From Chitinophaga pinensis (GTDB lineage: Bacteria > Bacteroidota > Bacteroidia > NS11-12g > UBA9320): a stretch of 64,000 nucleotides of DNA. The position numbers were made by a program, and so were the translations under genes. Shown piece after piece: positions 56,105 through 64,000 of the stretch. The notes beneath the pieces were generated by a model that saw nothing but the letters and a program-made list of their open reading frames with translations, made no database searches and was not told the origin of the DNA. The first letter of the stretch is position 1, and each line of letters begins with the position of its first letter. The DNA lies in the NCBI GenBank assembly GCA_945897885.1, contig CAMDGU010000007.1, positions 6,796-70,795 of the forward strand, written 5' to 3'.

Positions 56105-57499
56105 ATGATAACATTTAACAAATTACTTTTAATCGCTTTTTTTAGCTCGGTTATGGGGATAGCCAAGGCTCAAACCACCGTTTCGCAAGTTATCACGAGC
56201 AACCAAACCTGGACTGCCGCAGGTAGCCCGTATATTGTATCTCAAAATGTTTTGGTAAGGTCAGGCGTTACTGTAAAAGTAAAACCCGGTACCAGAATAA
56301 GAGCCACCGGAAACTTTAGCATTCTTATGGAATCAGGTGCCGGATTTGAGGCCAAAGGAACCAAAGATTCGGTTATTAATATTGATACCGTAGCTTTTGA
56401 ATTTTATAAAGGAGCTAATGGCTATAATTTTTCTACAGGGGGTGGTTCATTTTTTAGCTATTGCTCTTATAGAGGTAACGGAATGGGAAATTATAGAGCC
56501 TTTACACTTAACGAAACTTCGCTATTAATAAGCAACTGTAGGTTTTGGAACACGTACTACTCGTTTTATTGCATAAACTCGAATACGGCCACATCAAAGT
56601 TACGCCTAGAAAAAAGCATCTTTGAAGGAACCAAAACTTATTTTGGTTATGTATTATATACCATGGGTAACAACACCGAACTGGAAATGGACGAATGTGT
56701 TGTAAAAACAACCTATGGATTAACATTAGCAGGTACCAGCAATATTACCCGATGTCTGTTTTACGACTGGGTTTCAAACAGTGGATTCAGAGTGGGGTAT
56801 GGTCAAAAAAAGGCAATCTTTAAATGCAATACCTTTCGCAAGTTTAAACCCACCGTTATCGAAATGATGGGGCCTTACGCAGGTTCAGAAGTGGTAATTG
56901 TGAGCAATACCTTCGACAGCACCGAAAATCATATTTCTTATTCAGTATATACCTCATCACCCGTTGGAAAATTTGTATGCAAAAACAATAATTTTCTTAA
57001 ATACAACAAACAAAGTGTAAAAATAGAAGGTGGCTCTACTCCCGGGGTTGCAGATACTGTAATATTTACCAAAAACTATTGGGGAACCACCTCTGCAAGC
57101 CAAATTGCAACCGGAATTTGGGATATAAACGATGATATCAAAATTGGCGGCTTGGTAGATTTCGGCGGTTACAAATCTTCATTAATTACAAACTGTATTG
57201 AAGACGAAACCATCGAAGAATATATAGGCCAATCAGGAGTATCGGTTTCAAAAATTAATACCCTAAATTTTAATACCTACCCCAACCCTGCCTCTAATTT
57301 GGTAGCCATCCAATCTACCAATGCAGCACTTAGTTCATGGAAAATTTATACCTCAACCGGCCAACTTATTACCACCGGCTATTTTAAAACCGATACCAAA
57401 CAAATAGATATAAGCACCTTGCAAAATGGGTTTTACCTTATTGAAGTAAGTGATGGAAAAAACCTATCTGCCAAGCAAAAACTCATAGTTAATCATTAA
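56105..57499 (+). CDS. T9SS-secreted protein (beta-helix-like) with a type A C-terminal sorting domain
   Basis: 464 aa. Signal peptide, repetitive beta-helix-like segments, C-terminal YPNPASNLVAIQ...GFYLIEVSDGK tail. Confidence 0.6.
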   Translation: MITFNKLLLIAFFSSVMGIAKAQTTVSQVITSNQTWTAAGSPYIVSQNVLVRSGVTVKVKPGTRIRATGNFSILMESGAGFEAKGTKDSVINIDTVAFEFYKGANGYNFSTGGGSFFSYCSYRGNGMGNYRAFTLNETSLLISNCRFWNTYYSFYCINSNTATSKLRLEKSIFEGTKTYFGYVLYTMGNNTELEMDECVVKTTYGLTLAGTSNITRCLFYDWVSNSGFRVGYGQKKAIFKCNTFRKFKPTVIEMMGPYAGSEVVIVSNTFDSTENHISYSVYTSSPVGKFVCKNNNFLKYNKQSVKIEGGSTPGVADTVIFTKNYWGTTSASQIATGIWDINDDIKIGGLVDFGGYKSSLITNCIEDETIEEYIGQSGVSVSKINTLNFNTYPNPASNLVAIQSTNAALSSWKIYTSTGQLITTGYFKTDTKQIDISTLQNGFYLIEVSDGKNLSAKQKLIVNH

Positions 57500-57517
57500 T
57501 CATTCATATTTTTTTTT

Positions 57518-57563
57518 ACAAAACATCCTTGATTATTCATTTAATCTGGGATGTTTTGTTTTT
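57518..57563 (+). terminator. possible terminator
   Basis: caaaacatcc-[20 nt]-ggatgttttg followed by TTTTT. The loop is long. Confidence 0.35.
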
Positions 57564-57681
57564 ACTCCATTTTGAAGTTTATTACCTAGGGGCATGACCA
57601 AAATCAGCTAATTATCCCTATTCTCTAGAAATTAGTGCTATTAAATAGCCTTAACTTTGAGCTATAATTCATTAAAAAATT

Positions 57682-58449
57682 ATGAAAAAGTTAGAAAACA
57701 AAGTTGCCATTGTAACCGGAGCCGGTGCCGGCATGGGCAAAGCCATTGCAACGCTATTTGCAGCTGAGGGAAGCAAAGTAATAGCTACCGACATAAGCCA
57801 ACCACGACTTGACGAACTTAAAAAAATAATAAGTGAAACCGGTGGTGAGGTAACCACCCTTTTGGCTAACATGGCCATGGAAGAGGATATAGAACGAATG
57901 ATTAAACTGGCCACAGATACGTATGGCACTTTAGATATTTTGGTAAACAACGCCGGAATTATGGACAATTTTGAGCCTGTAGGTGAATTGGGAAACGCCA
58001 CCTGGGAAAAGGTAATGAAAATAAATGTGGAAGGCCCGCTTAAAGCCATGCGAGGTGCGGTAAAACTATTTTTGGCCAAAGGAAATGGTGTAATTATTAA
58101 TATTTGCTCGATAGGCGGAATAAAGGGGGGGGCAGCCGGAGCGGCCTACACCGCCAGCAAACATGCCTTAGTAGGCTTAACTAGGAGCACCGGTTATATG
58201 TATTCCAAATCGGGTATACGGTGCAATGGAATAGCGCCCGGTGCAGTAAATACCAGCATTGGCGAAACCATTGATATGATCAAAATTACACCGCTTGTTA
58301 ACGATAGAATAATTACCGGTATGGCTTTGAATCCAAGAACGGGCGAACCTTTAGAAATTGCCAATGCCGCTTTATTTTTAGCCAGTGATGATGCCAGTTT
58401 TATGAACGGGCATATTCTCGTGGTAGATGGAGGATGGAGTGCATATTAA
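57682..58449 (+). CDS. SDR-family oxidoreductase
   Basis: 255 aa. TGAGAGMGKA cofactor motif, YTASKHA catalytic motif. Confidence 0.8.
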   Translation: MKKLENKVAIVTGAGAGMGKAIATLFAAEGSKVIATDISQPRLDELKKIISETGGEVTTLLANMAMEEDIERMIKLATDTYGTLDILVNNAGIMDNFEPVGELGNATWEKVMKINVEGPLKAMRGAVKLFLAKGNGVIINICSIGGIKGGAAGAAYTASKHALVGLTRSTGYMYSKSGIRCNGIAPGAVNTSIGETIDMIKITPLVNDRIITGMALNPRTGEPLEIANAALFLASDDASFMNGHILVVDGGWSAY

Positions 58450-58518
58450 AGATAAAACGAAAAAGGCTTTTAAACCTTTTGGTACATTTATAGTCGGCAT
58501 TGCTATTGCCCTAAACCA

Positions 58519-60069
58519 ATGAAACGAACCATTAAATATTACAGAATACTATGGTTTAGAAATGACTTGGCAGCCGGGCTATCGGTTTTCCTTGTAGCTC
58601 TGCCACTCTGTTTAGGAATTGCTTTAGCTTCGGGTGCACCCTTAAATGGAGGCTTGCTATCAGGTATTATTGGGGGGCTTGTAGTTTCCTTAATCAGTGG
58701 GTCTCACCTTTCCGTTTCGGGACCTGCGGCCGGCCTCACCACTTTGGTTGCCGCATCTATTATTTCTCTTGGCGATTATAAAATTTTTCTCCTAGCGGTA
58801 ATGATTGCCGGGTTATTTCAGCTCGTTCTGGGCTTGTTAAAACTTGGAACTATTGCCAATTATTTTCCATCCTCGGTTATTAAAGGAATGCTAGCTGCTA
58901 TTGGTATGATTCTTATTCTAAAGCAAATTCCTTTGGCACTTGGTTATAACCAGCCTGATTTTTGGACCAGCGGTTCTATTAATTTATTTTCTTCAAAAAA
59001 TTTTCTTGGAAATTTTGAAACATTCAATCATCATTTAACAAAAGGAGCCATTATAATAACAGCGGTTTCTTTAATGATACTCATTTTATGGCAACAACCT
59101 TTTGCTAAAAAGCTAAGAATATTACCGGCACCTTTATTTGTGGTTATCATCGGAATAGTTGCCAACATGATTTTTGTGAGCATTGGTTCTGATTTATCAC
59201 TTAAAGAAACCCAATTGGTTGCCATTCCTTCAAACATCTTCGCTAGTATTTCGTTTCCTGATTTTTCAAAGCTTTTTTCAACAACTGAAATTTGGAAAGA
59301 TGGATTAATTATAGGCATCCTGGCCACTTTGGAAACTTTGCTTTGCATTGAAGCGGTAGACAAATTGGATAGACACAACAGAATTACACCGGTAAACAGA
59401 GAATTAATAGCCCAAGGTATTGGTAATATGACCTGCGGACTTGTAGGTGCTATACCAATGACTGCTGTAGTTGTGCGTGGTGCAGCAAATGTAGATGCAG
59501 GAGGAAGAACCAAACTGTCAGGCTTTACTCATGGACTCTTTCTTTTGGTTGCTGTATTATTTGTCCCCTTTTTACTAAACAAAATACCCTATGCTTCGCT
59601 AGCTGCCATTCTGCTGGTAACCGGATATAACCTTACTAAACCAAAGCTTTTTAAAAATATGTTTAGCTTAGGCTGGAAACAATTTATTCCATTTTTTCTC
59701 ACTATCATCGTTATACTCATTACCGATTTATTAATTGGAGTTAGTATAGGCCTTTTAATTTCCATTTACTTTATTGTTAGAAATAATTTTAAAGCTGAAT
59801 ACCAGATTACAAAAACAGTGCATCAGGAACAGGAAACTTACTATATTAAACTAAATAGCAATGTTACCTTTTTAAACAAGGTAAACCTGAGAAAAGCGTT
59901 GGATGAAATACAAGAAAACAGCATTCTTACCATTGACGGAAGCGACTGTAATTTTATTGATTATGATATTTTAGAAATAATAAGTGAATATGACAACAAA
60001 GCTCATGACAGGCATATTCAACTAATTTTAAAGGGAATAGAAAAAGTAAGTGTAACCGCAGTTCACTAA
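58519..60069 (+). CDS. SulP-family anion transporter with a C-terminal STAS domain
   Basis: 516 aa. Polytopic, followed by a STAS-like C-terminal domain (YIKLNSNVTFLNK...). Confidence 0.7.
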   Translation: MKRTIKYYRILWFRNDLAAGLSVFLVALPLCLGIALASGAPLNGGLLSGIIGGLVVSLISGSHLSVSGPAAGLTTLVAASIISLGDYKIFLLAVMIAGLFQLVLGLLKLGTIANYFPSSVIKGMLAAIGMILILKQIPLALGYNQPDFWTSGSINLFSSKNFLGNFETFNHHLTKGAIIITAVSLMILILWQQPFAKKLRILPAPLFVVIIGIVANMIFVSIGSDLSLKETQLVAIPSNIFASISFPDFSKLFSTTEIWKDGLIIGILATLETLLCIEAVDKLDRHNRITPVNRELIAQGIGNMTCGLVGAIPMTAVVVRGAANVDAGGRTKLSGFTHGLFLLVAVLFVPFLLNKIPYASLAAILLVTGYNLTKPKLFKNMFSLGWKQFIPFFLTIIVILITDLLIGVSIGLLISIYFIVRNNFKAEYQITKTVHQEQETYYIKLNSNVTFLNKVNLRKALDEIQENSILTIDGSDCNFIDYDILEIISEYDNKAHDRHIQLILKGIEKVSVTAVH

Positions 60070-60073
60070 CTTT

Positions 60074-60403
60074 CTACTCAAAAATGTAGAAAAACCCTGT
60101 AAAAACTATAACAATTGCCAAAGATGTGAGACCGTAAAGAAAAAAATCATTCCACTCAGGAATTGGATTAATCATGGTAACCACGCAACTAATAAAGCCT
60201 AAAAACGCACCAATAGCGACGTAAATAAAACCTGCATTTTGTCTTCTGGCATACTTTACTTTTTTAAACTCTTGAACGTGTGCTGCAATAGATACATCAT
60301 CATGACCAAGAGATACAAGCCTTTGTTCAACTTCATTTATTCCTATGCGTTCTGATAACCATTGTTGTATAACAGAAGGACTGATTTTTGGATTAGCTGA
60401 CAT
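60074..60403 (-). CDS. hypothetical small membrane protein
   Basis: 109 aa. Soluble N-terminal ~60 aa then two TM helices. Confidence 0.35.
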   Translation of the reverse strand: MSANPKISPSVIQQWLSERIGINEVEQRLVSLGHDDVSIAAHVQEFKKVKYARRQNAGFIYVAIGAFLGFISCVVTMINPIPEWNDFFLYGLTSLAIVIVFTGFFYIFE

Positions 60404-60589
60404 ATTGAAATAAGTTTAAATTACATTACCTCGAAAATATCATTTTTTTTAAATATTTCAATACTTTACCCAAAAAACTAATTTTTATTTAAGGGTATAA
60501 GTAAGTATAATTGTATTAGTACTTATCTATACTTCTTATGAAAATATCATTTCATAAACTTTTTAATAAAATTAACTCTTATAGGTTTA

Positions 60590-60871
60590 TTGTGTTTATC
60601 CGTTCCGCTTATTATTTTAGAATTATGGATTTATGCCTTTAATTCAGGCGATAGTCAGCCAAACCGGGTTGAAATATTTAACTATTTTTTCCCTCAATTT
60701 TTACATGGTCGCTATTCCATTGCTTATTTATCGCTGGCACTCAGTATTGTTGCCATCTATATCAGTGTTATCGCTATTTCAATTAAAGAAATAGCCTGGA
60801 AAGTTTTAAAAATTTTACTTCTGGTAACAGGAATAATAAAGGTACTTCTTAATATATTTCAAATGATGTAA
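60590..60871 (+). CDS. hypothetical small membrane protein (doubtful)
   Basis: 93 aa, two or three hydrophobic helices, no motif. Lies in an AT-rich gap. Confidence 0.2.
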   Translation: MCLSVPLIILELWIYAFNSGDSQPNRVEIFNYFFPQFLHGRYSIAYLSLALSIVAIYISVIAISIKEIAWKVLKILLLVTGIIKVLLNIFQMM

Positions 60872-60923
60872 GAAAGGAATTTTATTCCGTCCCACATTTT
60901 AAAATAAATAAATCTTAAAGCAA

Positions 60924-62591
60924 TTATTTCAAACGTTCCTTTATATCCAATCGGTGTTTTCGTGCTGTATCAATTGCAATATCATAACCTGCATCAGCAT
61001 GGCGTAAAACCCCCATTGCAGGATCATTATGCAGCACACGTTTTAATCTTACTTCGGCATCGTGGGTACCATCTGCTACTATCACCATTCCGGCATGTAT
61101 GCTATAGCCAATACCAACCCCACCTCCATGATGCAGGCTAACCCAGCTGGCACCTCCGGCTGTATTAATCATCGCATTTAATATTGGCCAATCGGCTATG
61201 GCATCGCTACCATCTTTCATGGCTTCCGTTTCGCGGTTTGGGCTGGCTACTGAACCGGTATCCAAATGGTCGCGGCCAATAACGATTGGGGCTTTAACTT
61301 TCCCTTCCTTTACCAAATTATTGAATAATACTCCTGCCTTTTCACGTTCTCCTTGTCCCAACCAACATATTCTGCTTGGCAAACCTTGAAAAGCAATTTT
61401 ATCCTTAGCTAATGTAATCCAGCGTTTCAATCCCTCGTTTTCTGGAAAAAGCTTTAAAATTTCACGGTCGGTGGTATAAATATCCTCTGGGTCACCGCTT
61501 AATGCAACCCAGCGAAACGGTCCTTTTCCTTCACAAAATAAAGGGCGAATAAACGCAGGAACAAAGCCGGGATAATCAAAGGCATTGGTAACTCCCATTT
61601 CCAAAGCTCTGCCTCTTAAATTATTTCCATAATCAAATGTTATGCTTCCCATTTTCTGAAATTCAAGCATCAATTTTACATGCTCCACCATGGTGGCATA
61701 ACTTAATCTTACATATTTCTCAGGATCTAAAGCTCGCAACCTATCGGCAGCTTCTACATCCATATCTTTTGGAAAATATCCCACCAAGGCATCATGCGCA
61801 CTGGTTTGGTCGGTTAGCAAATCAGGAATAATACCTCGTTCCTTCAATCGGGTAAGTAAATCAACCGCATTGCCCGGCCATCCAATTGATACGGCAGCTT
61901 TCTTTTCCTTGGCAATTAATGCCTTATCAATCGCCTCATCTAAATTATAAATCAATACATCTACATAGCGGGTTTCAATGCGTTTGCGAATTCGCCATTC
62001 TTCCATTTCGGCAGCGAGACAAACGCCTTCATTCATAGTTACCGCCAAAGTCTGGGCTCCTCCCATTCCTCCTAAACCTGAGGTTACAGTAAGTGTGCCT
62101 TTAAGTGTGCCTCCAAAATGTTGACGAGCCGCTTCGCCAAACGTTTCATAAGTACCCTGTACGATTCCTTGTGAACCAATATAAATCCAAGAACCGGCAG
62201 TCATTTGGCCATACATTGTTAAGCCTTTTGCTTCCAATTCCCTGAATTTTTCCCAGGTAGCCCAATGGGGAACTAAATGCGAATTGGCAATAAGAACTCT
62301 TGGTGCATCTTTATGGGTAGGCAATATACCAACCGGCTTACCCGATTGAACCAATAAAGTTTCATCCTCATTTAAATCTTTTAATGCTTTTACAATTAAA
62401 TCAAAACTTTCCCAGTTTCGGGCCGCTTTTCCTGTTCCACCATAAACCACTAAATCTTCTGGTTTTTCGGCTACTTCAGGGTCTAAGTTATTGCATAACA
62501 TGCGAAGGGCGGCTTCTTGAACCCAACCTTTGCATGAAAGAGTATTTCCTTTTGCAGCTTTAATAATGCGCTTATTTCCGGCAATTGTCAT
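60924..62591 (-). CDS. hutU: urocanate hydratase
   Basis: 555 aa. NAD-binding GLGGMGGAQ, colinear with urocanase. Confidence 0.85.
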   Translation of the reverse strand: MTIAGNKRIIKAAKGNTLSCKGWVQEAALRMLCNNLDPEVAEKPEDLVVYGGTGKAARNWESFDLIVKALKDLNEDETLLVQSGKPVGILPTHKDAPRVLIANSHLVPHWATWEKFRELEAKGLTMYGQMTAGSWIYIGSQGIVQGTYETFGEAARQHFGGTLKGTLTVTSGLGGMGGAQTLAVTMNEGVCLAAEMEEWRIRKRIETRYVDVLIYNLDEAIDKALIAKEKKAAVSIGWPGNAVDLLTRLKERGIIPDLLTDQTSAHDALVGYFPKDMDVEAADRLRALDPEKYVRLSYATMVEHVKLMLEFQKMGSITFDYGNNLRGRALEMGVTNAFDYPGFVPAFIRPLFCEGKGPFRWVALSGDPEDIYTTDREILKLFPENEGLKRWITLAKDKIAFQGLPSRICWLGQGEREKAGVLFNNLVKEGKVKAPIVIGRDHLDTGSVASPNRETEAMKDGSDAIADWPILNAMINTAGGASWVSLHHGGGVGIGYSIHAGMVIVADGTHDAEVRLKRVLHNDPAMGVLRHADAGYDIAIDTARKHRLDIKERLK

Positions 62592-62652
62592 ATAGGCAAA
62601 ATTAAAATAATTTTACGCCTTTAGAAACAGGAAGTGAAGGAGATTTTAGGTA

Positions 62653-64000
62653 TTAACGAACCAAATGAATGACAATTCCTTCGGTCATTCGTTTCATTGA
62701 ATTTCCATCTTGAATTAAATATTCAAATACACAATTATAAACGCCATCTAAACATAGATTTTTATTATCAAATCCATTCCAAATAGGGCTTTTATCAGAA
62801 AAATAAACCTTTTCGCCCCAGCGATTAAAAATATTCATTTTTACAAATTCATATTTTCCATAAGGCTGCCAGGTATCATTTAACACATCGCCATTGGGAC
62901 TAAATGCATTGGGAAAAAAGACAATACAGGCTGTTTCTTCTACTATTAAGTTAAAACTATCACTTACTGAGCCACATTTATTGCTAACATATACTTTCCA
63001 AAATCCTGTTTCAGTAATATTTCGGTCTCTTAATGTACTTCCATCGTTCCAAACCACATTACCTTCTTCTACTTTAATATTAAATTTCAGGTAGCTTCCT
63101 CCACACAAGGTTGTGTCTCTTGATGGCTTTAAGGTAGGTGCAGCAAGTGCTCTTATTACTATTGTATCATTATCATCACAAAATCCATCTTTTGAATTTA
63201 CTGAATAAGTTCCACTTGCACTTACATTTATAAAGGATGCTGAACTTCCATTTGACCATTTTGATACAAATAACGGATTAACATTTAACTGCAAAGGGAA
63301 ATCTTTACATATAGTTGTGTCTCTGCCTATATTTACCGTTGGTCTATTAAATACTTCTGTTAAATTCCATGCAGTATCTCTGCAATTTCCCTGTGTGTAT
63401 ACATAACCCACTTTGAATTTCCCGATAGATGCTGGTATAAAAGTGCTATCAAGTTTATTAACATTTGTTCCAATAAATTCGCCCTTCCCGGGTGTAGGTT
63501 TTAAATTATCAATAGGGTCATTCAAACAATAACTAGCGTCTAACCCTGAAAAAGAAACATTTGTATTGCTAATTACTTCTACACTATCTCTTAATTGATC
63601 CAAACATCCTCCGCTATCAAATGCCTTTAAAACAATATAATATTTGCCGGTTTTTTGAAAAATATAATTAGCCGTATTATTAAATACCGAATCTAAATCT
63701 TTTGGAGCAAACTCAGCTCTAAATCGCCAGCTACTGTTTAGGGAACCCGGACTATTATTTGTAAACTTAAAGTTATTATTGCTCAAGCACATCGACCTTT
63801 CATTAAAAATTACACTGGAAGGATCTATCGCTCTTGGCAATACTTTGTATACCATATTGGTGGAATCTTTACAGCCCTTGTTAGAAATAGCAACTAATTT
63901 TATTGTCTTAACTCCGGGGTCAGGAAATTGCCTGTCGGCAGTGTATCCTGTTGCGATAAATCCATTATCCATATGCCACTCATAACGCATACTAGATGGC
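62653..64000 (-). CDS. T9SS-secreted protein with a type B (gliding-associated) C-terminal domain, 5'-partial
   Basis: C-terminal FFPNAFSPNGDVLNDTWQP motif. The N-terminus has no signal peptide and the frame stays open to the window edge, so the gene continues beyond 64000. Confidence 0.6.
   Translation of the reverse strand, partial: PSSMRYEWHMDNGFIATGYTADRQFPDPGVKTIKLVAISNKGCKDSTNMVYKVLPRAIDPSSVIFNERSMCLSNNNFKFTNNSPGSLNSSWRFRAEFAPKDLDSVFNNTANYIFQKTGKYYIVLKAFDSGGCLDQLRDSVEVISNTNVSFSGLDASYCLNDPIDNLKPTPGKGEFIGTNVNKLDSTFIPASIGKFKVGYVYTQGNCRDTAWNLTEVFNRPTVNIGRDTTICKDFPLQLNVNPLFVSKWSNGSSASFINVSASGTYSVNSKDGFCDDNDTIVIRALAAPTLKPSRDTTLCGGSYLKFNIKVEEGNVVWNDGSTLRDRNITETGFWKVYVSNKCGSVSDSFNLIVEETACIVFFPNAFSPNGDVLNDTWQPYGKYEFVKMNIFNRWGEKVYFSDKSPIWNGFDNKNLCLDGVYNCVFEYLIQDGNSMKRMTEGIVIHLVR

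Noticed and set aside
60590-60871. 93-aa ORF as a confident gene
   Set aside because: No motif, an AT-rich context and a small size. I kept it only as a low-confidence feature.

Overview
The window looks like a chromosomal segment from a Bacteroidota-type genome: AT-rich, with several type A and type B T9SS C-terminal sorting domains and TAnnTTTG-like promoter elements. Housekeeping genes dominate: dnaA, atpD-atpC, uvrA, gatB, dapF, the rpsF-rpsR-rplI operon, a pabB-like gene, a cobB-type sirtuin, a kynurenine 3-monooxygenase gene, hutU, a MATE transporter, SulP, SDR, AKR and GNAT genes. Interleaved with these are (i) two ECF sigma/anti-sigma-like modules, one cotranscribed with a T9SS cargo gene; (ii) a 1618-aa S8 peptidase with a T9SS C-terminal domain plus two secreted hypothetical proteins; (iii) a ~1945-aa T9SS adhesin-like gene broken into three ORFs by an A6 homopolymer frameshift and an in-frame TAA; (iv) a saccharopine-dehydrogenase-like gene also interrupted by an in-frame TAA; (v) a HicB-HicA toxin-antitoxin pair; (vi) two small XRE regulators, each with a perfect palindrome in its promoter region; (vii) a Wzx/Wzz/Wzy-like surface-polysaccharide cluster; and (viii) two families of short palindromic repeats. 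The first repeat family is GTAG-containing and REP-like. It forms a duplicated ~200-bp cluster at 20.8-21.5 kb and nested inverted pairs that bracket a solo IS200/IS605-type HuH tyrosine transposase at 31.4-31.9 kb, which is a RAYT-like arrangement. The second family is a 65-bp imperfect hairpin (GTCATTCCGAGGCACGAGGAATC...) found in at least five intergenic sites. I found no tRNA or rRNA gene and no CRISPR array. All protein calls rest on motifs recognised by eye, not on database searches.
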